A stretch of 64,000 nt of DNA. Source: Cenarchaeum sp. Its GTDB lineage: Archaea; Thermoproteota; Nitrososphaeria; Nitrososphaerales; Nitrosopumilaceae. The number at the start of each line of letters is the position of its first letter. The stretch's first letter is position 1. A program made the translations under genes and the position numbers. Location of the stretch: assembly GCA_963693095.2 (NCBI GenBank), contig OY843768.1, positions 800,001-864,000 on the forward strand, read 5' to 3'. Below are positions 48,064 to 57,327 of this stretch, piece by piece. The notes beneath the pieces are model-generated. The model worked only from the letters and a program-made list of their open reading frames with translations, had not been told where the DNA came from and did not search any database.

Positions 48064-48140
48064 TGGTGGGATTGGCAGGACTTGAACCTGCGGCCTCTGG
48101 TACCCAAAACCAGAATCATACCATGCTAGACTACAATCCC
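48064..48140 (-). tRNA. tRNA-Pro (TGG), CCA encoded
   Basis: GGGATTG/CAATCCC acceptor stem, anticodon arm CTGGT-TTTGGGT-ACCAG, T-arm GCAGG-TTCAAGT-CCTGC. Confidence 0.95.
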
Positions 48141-48231
48141 AGCAGGCCGCCGCGAGCGGCTCCCCCAATTTAACCCTGCCATGGCACGCGGCGCGATCTC
48201 ATTAAATAGAGACTCCTGCGGGCATGGGCCC

Positions 48232-49143
48232 ATGGGACGCGACGAGTATGTCAAGGCAGGCAAGATAGCGTCTGCTGTAAGGGAGACTGTCCGGGGCATG
48301 GATCTCGGGGGCAAGACGGCCCTTGAGGTCTGCGAGGGCGTCGAGGCGGACATACGCAGGCGGGGCGCCAGGTGCGCATTTCCCGTAAACGTCAGCATCA
48401 ACAACGTCGCTGCCCACTATACGGCCGAGCCCGATGACACGCTCGTGATCGGCGAGTCAGACACGGTAAAGGTAGACATGGGCGCGCATATTGACGGCCA
48501 CATTGCAGACACTGCCGTGACGGTGAACATGGATCCCGACTATGACGTGATAGTCAACGCCGCCGAGGATGCGCTAAGCGAGGCCATGGCAGTCGTGCAG
48601 GCCGGCGCCAAGACGCGCGACATTGGGCGTGCCATAGAGCGTGCCATCAAGCGCCACTCGTGCAAGCCAATAGTAAACCTGACAGGGCACTCCCTTGACC
48701 AGTACGAGCTGCATGCGGGCAAGTCAATACCCAACACGTGGGCGGTCCGCTCGTCATCCCTTGACGAGGGGGCAGCATACGCATGCGAGCCGTTTGTCAC
48801 AACGTCGAGCGGACTCGGGTATGTGCGCGACGGCAAGACGAAGAACATATTTGCGCTCGTGTCGCGAAAAAAGACAAAGGACGATTCGGCAAACGAGATG
48901 CTGGACTATATTTGGGAAAACTTTAATGCGCTCCCCTTTGCGCGCAGGTGGCTTGAGCGCTGGGATGCCGACGAGGCCGGACGCCTGCTTGACATCCTGA
49001 TAAAGTCAAAGGCCGTTCACGCATACGCGGTTCTCATCGAGGCCTCAGGCCAGAGGGTCGCACAGGCCGAGCACACGTTTATCGCCGAGGACGGCCACGC
49101 GACTATCACTACGAGCGCACTGGAGAGCCAGAGTACACCATAG
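48232..49143 (+). CDS. map: Methionine aminopeptidase type II
   Basis: AFPVN.S.N..AAHYT, KVD.G.H.DG.IAD, NLTGH, EPF, AQAEHT. Confidence 0.95.
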   Translation: MGRDEYVKAGKIASAVRETVRGMDLGGKTALEVCEGVEADIRRRGARCAFPVNVSINNVAAHYTAEPDDTLVIGESDTVKVDMGAHIDGHIADTAVTVNMDPDYDVIVNAAEDALSEAMAVVQAGAKTRDIGRAIERAIKRHSCKPIVNLTGHSLDQYELHAGKSIPNTWAVRSSSLDEGAAYACEPFVTTSSGLGYVRDGKTKNIFALVSRKKTKDDSANEMLDYIWENFNALPFARRWLERWDADEAGRLLDILIKSKAVHAYAVLIEASGQRVAQAEHTFIAEDGHATITTSALESQSTP

Positions 49144-49300
49144 TGACGCGCGCCTCACCGTCGCACCTAGGGCACTTTGCGCCCCCAAACACGGCATCCC
49201 CCTCGGCGTGCTCGCGCGTCTCGGTTACAGAGCACGCGTCACACCAGATGGCAGTAAGCATGACACTTGGCTGCTCGCGTCGCGACCACGGGAGCCTCAT
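49109..49300 (-). CDS. Small zinc-ribbon protein
   Basis: CDAC...GD.VF....CPRC; overlaps the DUF1512 stop. Confidence 0.7.
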   Translation of the reverse strand: MRLPWSRREQPSVMLTAIWCDACSVTETREHAEGDAVFGGAKCPRCDGEARVTMVYSGSPVRS

Positions 49301-50403
49301 TGCAGGACCCCTGACGTGTTGCCCACGCCCATTACGGCGACGAGCTCGCCGCTGCGCGTGTTGTCCAGTATGGCGTCCCTGACTGCGTCCTTTGCCGCGT
49401 CAGAGGCCTTTGCGATGGTCTCGGACATTGGCGAGAGGGCATCAGTTATTGACACCTTTATGACCACAGAGTAAACGGGGATGCGCTCGCGCGTTGCCAG
49501 GGCCTCGATCGAGGCCCTCTCGGCCCCGCTGCCCCCCATCGCGGCGCCAAACCCGTGCGCGACGGTGCCAGACTCCTCGCCCTCGAGCTTGAGGGCAGCG
49601 TCGACCATGACTATGGCATCAGGCCGTGTCGTGCCCACCATCGAGGCCAGTGCCTCCTCTAGGCGCCCCACCGTCGGGATGGGCCCGCGCGCCTTTATGA
49701 GAACCAGCCTCCTCCCCTCGAGATCCGAGTCGGCAGCGACGGTCTGAAACGCCACCTCTCGCTTTTCCAGGCCCCCCATCATCGAGCCGACGACCATCGG
49801 CCCAATCCCGTCACCGATGGGCACGCACTTTGCAAATGCGCCCATTGCCGCACGCAGGCCCTCGGCCTGCTCCATGACAAAGGGCAGCATCATCTGCAGC
49901 GGGAGTATGAGCGGATAGTTGTTCTGCCTCTTGGCCGTGAGAAAGAGGTGCGTCACCATGGCATGAAGCGACTTTAGCGTCGCGCACACCTCCACGAGGG
50001 CCTGTGTGCGGGCTATCTCGGACTCGGGCAGGTCCTTTGCGAGGGACGCAATGTGTGCCCTAGTAGAGTCATCGCGCGAGCGGATCACATGGCGCACGCG
50101 CTCGACCATCCCCGCGGGATCCATGTCAATGGGCACTATTGTGAAATAGTCAAGAAACCTGTCAATCCTGTCCTTGAGTCCCGGCGCAATCGCCTTCTCG
50201 GCATGTCTGACAATCTCGTCCCTGGAATCGTCCGTGTACGCCCCAAGCTTGCTTATCTTTTTGCCAATCTCGCCGGACGTTATGTACAGCTGTATCCTCT
50301 GCCCGTAAAACACAAAGATGATCACAGGCAGTATCCAGACTAGCGTAAGGAGCGTGCTGCTGTCATCACCAAGGCTAAAGAACGACTCGAGTGTCTCTTC
50401 CAA
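49297..50403 (-). CDS. DUF1512 family protein
   Basis: P.D.DP.G, PIGDGIGP, VDAALKLEGE.SG, GVGNT.GV.Q. Confidence 0.9.
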   Translation of the reverse strand: MEETLESFFSLGDDSSTLLTLVWILPVIIFVFYGQRIQLYITSGEIGKKISKLGAYTDDSRDEIVRHAEKAIAPGLKDRIDRFLDYFTIVPIDMDPAGMVERVRHVIRSRDDSTRAHIASLAKDLPESEIARTQALVEVCATLKSLHAMVTHLFLTAKRQNNYPLILPLQMMLPFVMEQAEGLRAAMGAFAKCVPIGDGIGPMVVGSMMGGLEKREVAFQTVAADSDLEGRRLVLIKARGPIPTVGRLEEALASMVGTTRPDAIVMVDAALKLEGEESGTVAHGFGAAMGGSGAERASIEALATRERIPVYSVVIKVSITDALSPMSETIAKASDAAKDAVRDAILDNTRSGELVAVMGVGNTSGVLQ

Positions 50404-50448
50404 CGCGCCAAATGCGACGCGCGCTTCAAATTAAACCCTTGCCCGCAG

Positions 50449-50916
50449 TCACGTGGGCTGCGAGGGCTTTAGATAGTTTGCGTCGACTGTGACCGGAAGC
50501 GAGTATGCCGCATCTAGGAGAACCACGGTGGCCTCCTCCTTTTCGGCATCTATGCGGCTAACTGTCGCCTTCATGCCCTTGAACGGCCCGCCGGTGATCT
50601 CGACAGTCGAGTCGATTGCCAACTGCGAGGCAGACGACCTCTTTATGAGATAGCCCTCTATGTCCTTAAAGTCAAGCTCGCCACGGAGCTGGCCGCGTAT
50701 GTGCCTCACGCCCTCGATCGCGCCGTACGCGAGGTTTGGGTCGGCGGCCTCGATGACGACATACCCCTTTAGGTTGTCAACTAGAAGGACAGACTGGATT
50801 CCAACCTTGCCGAGGCGCGTCTTTGCCTCAAGCATGTTCATGACGACCTTTTCCTGGCCCCCTGTGGTCTTTATCGCAAAGAGGTGCGAGTGCTCGGCGG
50901 CTGCGCTAGTTTCCAT
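50449..50916 (-). CDS. spt5: Transcription elongation factor Spt5/NusG
   Basis: FAIKTTGGQE, LKGYV.IEA, KOW motif GPFKG. Confidence 0.94.
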   Translation of the reverse strand: METSAAAEHSHLFAIKTTGGQEKVVMNMLEAKTRLGKVGIQSVLLVDNLKGYVVIEAADPNLAYGAIEGVRHIRGQLRGELDFKDIEGYLIKRSSASQLAIDSTVEITGGPFKGMKATVSRIDAEKEEATVVLLDAAYSLPVTVDANYLKPSQPT

Positions 50917-51079
50917 ACGTGATCACCGAAAAGACGAACTGGATGATAAACCCGATGGAACCCACGCACCCTATGCCGAGGAGCGCTAGGCGCAGGTGCT
51001 GCATATAGTCGTCGCGGTCGGACTTTTTGGCCATCTTGACGGTGTTGGCCATGTTCTTGAACGTCTGCTTTGGGTTCAT
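50906..51079 (-). CDS. secE: Protein translocase SecE/Sec61-gamma
   Basis: KMAKKSDRDDY plus one TM (G.IGFII); upstream of spt5. Confidence 0.88.
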   Translation of the reverse strand: MNPKQTFKNMANTVKMAKKSDRDDYMQHLRLALLGIGCVGSIGFIIQFVFSVITYGN

Positions 51080-51122
51080 TGACGCACGCAAGTTAATATT
51101 GTGTCCTTATATCTTTTGTCCA

Positions 51123-51905
51123 ATGGATCTCCTCGTGGCAGGCATGGACGACCCCGCAGGCGTGAATATGGCCACTGCCCTAGGCGGGCAGGCGCCCACG
51201 CAGGGGGAGCCCGTCGAGTGCGACGGGTTTGGCATCATGGCCATAGGGGGGCCGGCCATAGAGGCCGACGGGCTCGATGAGGGCATGGACTCTAGGTACG
51301 ACAGGGTTGTGTTTCTCTCAAGGCACGCGGCGGCGTCCGGACGCCTTGCGCTGACGTGCCACAGCACGGGCAACTTTGGCGTCGCGCAGGCCGGAGGCAG
51401 CGACTCTGAAGTGGCGATTCCGCACTCTCAGCTGATAAAGAGGCACATTCGCGCGCTTTGGGAGAACAGCGGCGCGTTTGGCGGGTTCCACCTGACCCTA
51501 GAGGCGACGCACCACGGCCCGAGCGCACTGCGCGTCCCGTCGGCGTTCATCGAGGTCGGCACTAGCGAGGAGCAGTGGCGCGATGCCGGCCTGTGCGCGC
51601 GCGTCGCCGACGTCCTGCGCGGTGCGCTCCTCGAGCGCAGTGCGCCGAGCCCGGAGGCCGTGTGCTTTGGCGGCGGGCACTATCCGGAAAAGTTTACGCG
51701 CGAGGCTGCCACCGGCGAGTTTGCGCCCGGCACGATCGTGCCAAGGCGCGCACTCGAGCTAGTCGACCGCGCGATGATGGACCATATACTTGCAAGGAAT
51801 GCCGGTGCGCACGTTGCGCTCGTTGATGCGAGCGGGATGGGTGGCCACAAGGCGCGCATACTCGAGATGCTCAAAGAGTCCGGAATCGAGGTTGTGCGCC
51901 TTTGA
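51123..51905 (+). CDS. dtdA: D-aminoacyl-tRNA deacylase (DtdA/GEK1)
   Basis: FLSRH, LTCHSTGNF, EATHHGP, FIEVG, FGGGHY. Confidence 0.92.
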   Translation: MDLLVAGMDDPAGVNMATALGGQAPTQGEPVECDGFGIMAIGGPAIEADGLDEGMDSRYDRVVFLSRHAAASGRLALTCHSTGNFGVAQAGGSDSEVAIPHSQLIKRHIRALWENSGAFGGFHLTLEATHHGPSALRVPSAFIEVGTSEEQWRDAGLCARVADVLRGALLERSAPSPEAVCFGGGHYPEKFTREAATGEFAPGTIVPRRALELVDRAMMDHILARNAGAHVALVDASGMGGHKARILEMLKESGIEVVRL

Positions 51906-52255
51906 GCGCAGATGCCGTAAAGCCGCGCAGCGCGCGCGCCAGGGTGTACCGCGAGCTCCTAAAGGTAAAGCGCGGCGAGGTCACGACGTATGCGGACCTT
52001 GCCCGCGCGGCGGGAATTCCCGGCGGGCAGAGGGCAGTAGGGAACATGATGGCGACGAACCCCTGGCCAGGACTGGTGCCGTGCCATAGGGTGGTCCGCT
52101 CAGACGGCACGCTTGGCGGATATGCCCACGGAAGCGCCATAAAGGAGAGCATGCTCACACTGGAGGGAATAAGGGTTAGGCGCGGAAAGATTGTCGAGTT
52201 TGGCGACGCAAGGCACTCGTGGCGGCGCGCTAGGACGAGACGGACTCGGCAATGA
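51902..52255 (+). CDS. ogt: O6-methylguanine-DNA methyltransferase (DNA-binding domain only)
   Basis: TYADLA, RAVG, VPCHRVV, GGY. Confidence 0.92.
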   Translation: MSADAVKPRSARARVYRELLKVKRGEVTTYADLARAAGIPGGQRAVGNMMATNPWPGLVPCHRVVRSDGTLGGYAHGSAIKESMLTLEGIRVRRGKIVEFGDARHSWRRARTRRTRQ

Positions 52256-52676
52256 GCGATCGAAGGTGCGCCTTGTTCCTCACAAGGTTGCCGCCGACAC
52301 GCCCATAAAGGCGCCAAAACTCAGAGTTGGTTATCTCTTTGCGCTCCTTTGCTATCTTTAGCAGCCTGCGCAGGGAGCGAACCCTGGCGACGTGGTTCTC
52401 CTTTTTGCCCACGCGCGCACCCTGGCGTCCGCGCTTTGAGCCGGCCGTCGTGCCGCGCTTTTTCTTTTGCGCACGCTTTTGATCGGCGCGGCCATGGGAT
52501 GTCCCGCTTGCCGGAACTATGCGTATCGCGTTTGCGGTGATCAGGCTGCGTATGTTCTCGCGCGTGATTGCGTCTGCAATGTCGTCAAGCTTTTCGGTGT
52601 TGAAGCGTATGCGCCCCGTGCCCACGCCAGTCACGCGGGAGACGAGGAGCTTTTTGGCCCTAAGATTTACTACCAA
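52230..52676 (-). CDS. rpl19e: 50S ribosomal protein L19e
   Basis: I.DAITRENIR.LI, GS.RG..GAR, R.LRR.LK. Confidence 0.93.
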   Translation of the reverse strand: MVVNLRAKKLLVSRVTGVGTGRIRFNTEKLDDIADAITRENIRSLITANAIRIVPASGTSHGRADQKRAQKKKRGTTAGSKRGRQGARVGKKENHVARVRSLRRLLKIAKERKEITNSEFWRLYGRVGGNLVRNKAHLRSLIAESVSS

Positions 52677-53064
52677 CTCGCTCCACCCTTGCGTTGAACA
52701 CCTTGATGCCCAGTTCTGAGGCACGTGACACTATGGCCAGGCGCTTGCGCCTGCCGACGCTGTGGCCGAGGCGCACGCCGTCTGTTTTTGGATCGATCGA
52801 TGCCAGGCCTGCCACGTTATGGACAAGGTTGTCCGTGTATCCTGATGGGTGGAGGCCACGCGAGGCGACCGGACCGCCATATCCGGCCTTTACGAGCCCT
52901 GGGCGTCCACGGCTGAGCTGCTTGCGCTGGTGATTGTCGACCCCCTTGGGCTTGCGCCACGTGGTCTGGAGCCTCACATACCTCCAGCTCTCAGGCCTCA
53001 CAAAGTCCGGCCTCGTCTCCGAGACGCGCTTGCGGGCCTCAATGCGCTCCTTGTTTATGGGCAT
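52660..53064 (-). CDS. rpl32e: 50S ribosomal protein L32e
   Basis: WRKPKG.DN, GYG, RGLHPSG. Confidence 0.95.
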   Translation of the reverse strand: MPINKERIEARKRVSETRPDFVRPESWRYVRLQTTWRKPKGVDNHQRKQLSRGRPGLVKAGYGGPVASRGLHPSGYTDNLVHNVAGLASIDPKTDGVRLGHSVGRRKRLAIVSRASELGIKVFNARVERVGSKS

Positions 53065-53206
53065 CGTGCGCCGCACGCTCGATTTTTTGAATAAATAGCT
53101 TCGTATGCCAGCGTCCACGGTGCCTGAAAAGAGATAAAAGGGAATTTTTGCGGCCTGTGCTCACACATCATGGCCTCTAGAGCACCGGTGTCAGGCGTGA
53201 AAGGGA

Positions 53207-54805
53207 CTGGCCTCTGAGGCTAGCGCAGCCGATTTTGGCGCGCAGATACGCGAGTTTGGCCTCCGGCCGGCCCGAGTGCGCCGGAACCTCGATCCGGCCG
53301 AGATCACGGCCATAGCGGTCAACTCCGGCGAGGGCGTCGTCTCGGCCACAGGAGCCCTGGCGGTCCAGACGGGCAAGTACACCGGCCGCTCGCCGTCTGA
53401 CCGGTTCATCATCGACGACGAGATCACGCGTGACACCGTGGACTGGGGCTCGATAAACAGAAAGTTTGATCCGTCAAGGTTCGATGCCCTGGCCGAGAGG
53501 ATGAAACGCAGTGCCGACGGCAGGGAGCTGTATTCCTTTGACGGGTTTGTGGGCGCGGATCCGCAGACGCGAATGGCAATACGCGTCATAAATGACCATG
53601 CGTGGCAGAGCCTGTTCGCAAGGCAGCTCTTTATCAGGCCGACAGCATCCGAGCTGTCATCGCACGTCCCCGAGTTCACAGTCCTGTGCCTCAACGACTT
53701 TGAGGCCGACCCCGCCAGGGACGGCACGCGCTCAGAGGCGTTCATACTGATTGGCATAAGCCAGCGACTAGTCATCATCGGCGGAACGCGGTACGCCGGC
53801 GAGATGAAAAAAGCGCTCTTTTCTGTCATGAACCACGTCCTGCCCGACAGGGGCGTCCTTCCGATGCACTGCTCGGCAAACATAGGCGCAGACGGAAAGA
53901 CTGCGCTCTTTTTTGGGCTGTCAGGAACCGGCAAGACGACGCTGTCAGCCGATCCGTCGCGCAGGCTAATCGGGGATGACGAGCACGGCTGGTCATCGAC
54001 GGGGACGTTCAACATGGAGGGCGGATGCTATGCAAAGTGCATAAATCTCAGACGCGAGGCAGAGCCGCAGATATGGGGGGCCATAAGGCCGGGCGCGGTT
54101 CTTGAAAATGTTGTGCTCGATTCAGAGACGCGCAATCCGGACTTTGATGACGGGAGCCTCACGGAGAACACGCGCGTGGCATATCCGCTAGACTATATTC
54201 CCGGCGCCGTGTCGCCCAGTGTGGGCGGCCATGCCAGCGTGATCGTCTTTCTCACGACTGACGCGATGGGCGTCCTGCCGCCAGTCGCGCGCCTCACGCG
54301 CGGTGGATCAATGTACCACTTTATGTCCGGATACACAAGCAAGCTTGCCGGCACCGAGAGGGGCATAAAGGAGCCAAAGGCCGTCTTTTCAGAGTGCTTT
54401 GGCGCCCCGTTCATGCCACGGCCCGCAGCCGAGTACGCGCACATGCTCGGCGACAGGATCGACGCCCATGGCACGTCAGTGTACCTGATAAACACTGGAT
54501 GGACCGGCGGGCCCTACGGCACGGGCAAGCGCATTGCCATATCGCACAGCAGGGCAATAGTCGCAGCAGCCGTGGGCGGAGCCCTGGATCACGCAAAGTA
54601 TGTGCACAATGGCACGTTCAACCTAGACGTGCCGGAGGCATGCCCCGGCGTGCCTGAGGGGATGCTGGATCCAAGGACGAGCTGGGCAGACGGGGTCGCA
54701 TATGACGCAATGGCCTCACGCCTAGCACGCATGTTCGTCGACAACTTTGCAAAGTTTGGCGACGCGTTTGGGGACATCGCCTCGGCCGGACCGCCCGCGC
54801 AGTAA
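53207..54805 (+). CDS. pckA: Phosphoenolpyruvate carboxykinase (ATP); start uncertain (CTG 53207 or GTG 53276)
   Basis: TGRSP, YAGEMKK, MHCSAN, GLSGTGKTTLS, LIGDDEHGW, ENTR. Confidence 0.96.
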   Translation: MASEASAADFGAQIREFGLRPARVRRNLDPAEITAIAVNSGEGVVSATGALAVQTGKYTGRSPSDRFIIDDEITRDTVDWGSINRKFDPSRFDALAERMKRSADGRELYSFDGFVGADPQTRMAIRVINDHAWQSLFARQLFIRPTASELSSHVPEFTVLCLNDFEADPARDGTRSEAFILIGISQRLVIIGGTRYAGEMKKALFSVMNHVLPDRGVLPMHCSANIGADGKTALFFGLSGTGKTTLSADPSRRLIGDDEHGWSSTGTFNMEGGCYAKCINLRREAEPQIWGAIRPGAVLENVVLDSETRNPDFDDGSLTENTRVAYPLDYIPGAVSPSVGGHASVIVFLTTDAMGVLPPVARLTRGGSMYHFMSGYTSKLAGTERGIKEPKAVFSECFGAPFMPRPAAEYAHMLGDRIDAHGTSVYLINTGWTGGPYGTGKRIAISHSRAIVAAAVGGALDHAKYVHNGTFNLDVPEACPGVPEGMLDPRTSWADGVAYDAMASRLARMFVDNFAKFGDAFGDIASAGPPAQ

Positions 54806-54857
54806 CTGCGCCACAGGCGCGTCAAATGCTAATAAAATGGGCTGTCGTGGACTGCCC

Positions 54858-56030
54858 ATGGACAGGGTGGCCCGCGAGCTGGCAGACGAGGCGCACAGCA
54901 TGCACAATGACGGGCCGCTCTGTGACCACTGCACGGGTCGCGCATTTCTGCGTCGTGCGCGCGCAACTGATGCGGCACGGCTCGGCAAGAGGCTTCGCGA
55001 GGCGGCCGGATACGCCGAGGCCACAAGGTGCTCGGTGTGCCGCGGGCTGTTTGCGCGACTCGACGAGGTCTGTGACGAGATGGTTCGCATGTCATCCGGA
55101 TTCGAGTTTTGCACGTTTCTTGTAGGCGCGACGCTAAAGCCGTCTGTGCTAGATGCCGATGACTCGATGCGCTCAAGGTACAGGCTGCGCGGCACGCCGA
55201 GCATAAAGGCCAATGTCACGCACACGCTCTCGAGGATGTTTGCGCGCAGGACGCACGCGCGCGCAGACACGAAATCGCCCGAGATGACCCTAAAGGTTGA
55301 CCTCAGGGACGGATCCGTCAGCATCGAGACGCGCCCCGTGCACGTGCGCGCAAGCTACACAAAAGAGTCGCGCGACATGCCGCAAAAGCAGGAGCGCTGC
55401 GGGGTGTGCGCCGGCAAGGGATGTGTCAGGTGCGGCAGGCGCGGCATGTCAGGAACGTGCAGCGTCGAGGGAAGGCTCGCAGAGTTTCTGTGTGATGCGC
55501 TTGGCGCCAAGCAGGCAAGGTTCTCGTGGTGCGGCAGTGAGGAGCGCGGCGGAAGGGTCAGCGGAAGGGGAAGGCCGTTCTTTGTGAGGCTTGCGTGCCC
55601 GACAAGGAGGCGCGTGGCGCTGCCAAAGCGCGTGAACCTTGATGGTGTCACGCTGCTGTGCGCGCACCGCGTGAGCTCGCCGCCCAGGGCAGCGCCGGCA
55701 TTCTCGCTGACGGCAATTCTTGACATCGAGTCAGGCGAGGAGATCGACGAGGAGTCCATTGCGAGTCTCCGATCGCTGCGCGGTCCGGTGACTGACTATG
55801 GGACGCGAATGCAGCGGCGCACCATACACTCGGTGTCGTACAGGAGGTCATCGCCGCGATCCTTCACGCTGCGCCTCAGGGTGGACGGGGGATTTCCCAT
55901 ACGCAGGTTCGTCGAGGGGCCGGATGTCAGCCCAAACGTCTCTGACCTCCTAGAGGTTCGCTGCTCCTGCAGGCGCGCTGACTTTGCCGACGTGGACATT
56001 GCCGGTGCCCCGGATCGTGCGAAATCTTGA
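54858..56030 (+). CDS. Pus10-like tRNA pseudouridine synthase with a degenerate catalytic motif
   Basis: N-terminal CxxC..GR..CxxC, THUMP region, Y.K..R..PQ, SVE, G.GRPF. Confidence 0.82.
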   Translation: MDRVARELADEAHSMHNDGPLCDHCTGRAFLRRARATDAARLGKRLREAAGYAEATRCSVCRGLFARLDEVCDEMVRMSSGFEFCTFLVGATLKPSVLDADDSMRSRYRLRGTPSIKANVTHTLSRMFARRTHARADTKSPEMTLKVDLRDGSVSIETRPVHVRASYTKESRDMPQKQERCGVCAGKGCVRCGRRGMSGTCSVEGRLAEFLCDALGAKQARFSWCGSEERGGRVSGRGRPFFVRLACPTRRRVALPKRVNLDGVTLLCAHRVSSPPRAAPAFSLTAILDIESGEEIDEESIASLRSLRGPVTDYGTRMQRRTIHSVSYRRSSPRSFTLRLRVDGGFPIRRFVEGPDVSPNVSDLLEVRCSCRRADFADVDIAGAPDRAKS

Positions 56031-56040
56031 TAATAGCGCC

Positions 56041-57327
56041 ATGCTCGCCTCGCGCACGGCAATGGGATACGGTCGAACTCACGTCATATCGGGCATCACG
56101 CGCGAGATGGTCGGCGAGCGCGTTGGCATAGCGGGCTGGGTCGAGGACAGCAGGGGCCTCGGCAAGGTGACATTCCTGACCATCCGTGACCACACCGGAG
56201 TCGCGCAGGCAATAGCAAAGGGCAGCCTTGCTGGCGAGGCCTCGGCGATACCGAGGCAGAGCGCCGTGCGCGTGACCGGCCCCGTGCAGGAGACGAGGGC
56301 GCGCGGGCTAGACTATGAGATATCCGCCGAGGAGGTCGTAGTCCTTGGACGCGCAGCTCAGATGCTCCCCATAGACCCAATAGGCAGGCTTGAGAGCGGA
56401 ATTGACGCGCGCCTCAACTCGCGCGCACTGGACATGCGCAACGCAAAGAGCGCGGCAATATTTCGCCTCCGCGCCGCCGTGCTCTCATCGCTCAGGAAGA
56501 CGTTTGCAAGTCTCGGATTTATGGAGATAACGACGCCAAAGATAATCGGGAGCGCAAGCGAGGGCGGCGCAAACCTGTTCTCCCTAGAGTATTTTGGGCG
56601 CACCGCATACCTTGCGCAGAGCCCACAGCTCTACAAGGAGCAGATGACCATGGGCCTGGGCAGCGTGTACGAGATTGCCAACTTTTACCGTGCTGAAAAG
56701 TCCCACACCGGCAGGCACCTAAGCGAGTTTACCAGCGTTGACATCGAGGCGGCGTTCATGGATGACGAGGATGTCATGCGCACACTGGAGGAGCTCGTCA
56801 CGGCGACATGCGCTGATGCCACAGGCGTCATGGAAGGCACGATTGGGGTGCCGGACAGGCCGTTTGAGCGCGTGACATACACACAGGCAGTAGACGAGCT
56901 GCGCAAGGCAGGCGAGGACATTAGCCAGGGCGATGACCTCCTTGACTCGCACCTAAAGATAGTCGGCAAGAACCACCCCGGATTTTACTTTCTTACCGGC
57001 TGGCCGACTGCGCTAAAGCCGTTCTACATAATGCCGCGAGACGACGACGCGTCACTCTCGCACTCGTTTGACCTGCAGCACGGTCACCTGGAGCTCTCCT
57101 CGGGCGGCACTAGGCTGCACGATCCGGCGATCCTGCGCGAGCGCCTAAAGGAGCAGGGCCTGGATCCCGCCGGCTTTGGCCCGCACCTGGAGGCATTTGC
57201 GTGGGGAATGCCTCCGCACTCGGGGTGGGGCATGGGCCTGGACAGGCTAGTCACGCTCATCGCCGGCCTTGACAACGTCAGGGAGACGGTCCTGTACCCG
57301 CGCGACCCCGACAGGCTCTCGCCCTAG
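56041..57327 (+). CDS. aspS: Aspartate--tRNA(Asp/Asn) ligase
   Basis: AGWV...R, SEGGA.LF, LAQSPQLYK, RHLSEF, GMPPH.G.G.G.DR. Confidence 0.96.
   Translation: MLASRTAMGYGRTHVISGITREMVGERVGIAGWVEDSRGLGKVTFLTIRDHTGVAQAIAKGSLAGEASAIPRQSAVRVTGPVQETRARGLDYEISAEEVVVLGRAAQMLPIDPIGRLESGIDARLNSRALDMRNAKSAAIFRLRAAVLSSLRKTFASLGFMEITTPKIIGSASEGGANLFSLEYFGRTAYLAQSPQLYKEQMTMGLGSVYEIANFYRAEKSHTGRHLSEFTSVDIEAAFMDDEDVMRTLEELVTATCADATGVMEGTIGVPDRPFERVTYTQAVDELRKAGEDISQGDDLLDSHLKIVGKNHPGFYFLTGWPTALKPFYIMPRDDDASLSHSFDLQHGHLELSSGGTRLHDPAILRERLKEQGLDPAGFGPHLEAFAWGMPPHSGWGMGLDRLVTLIAGLDNVRETVLYPRDPDRLSP

Noticed and set aside
48064-48140. tRNA-Pro as the integration site for the 43-46 kb patch
   Set aside because: Core-like genes lie in between and no tRNA 3'-end duplicate was seen.
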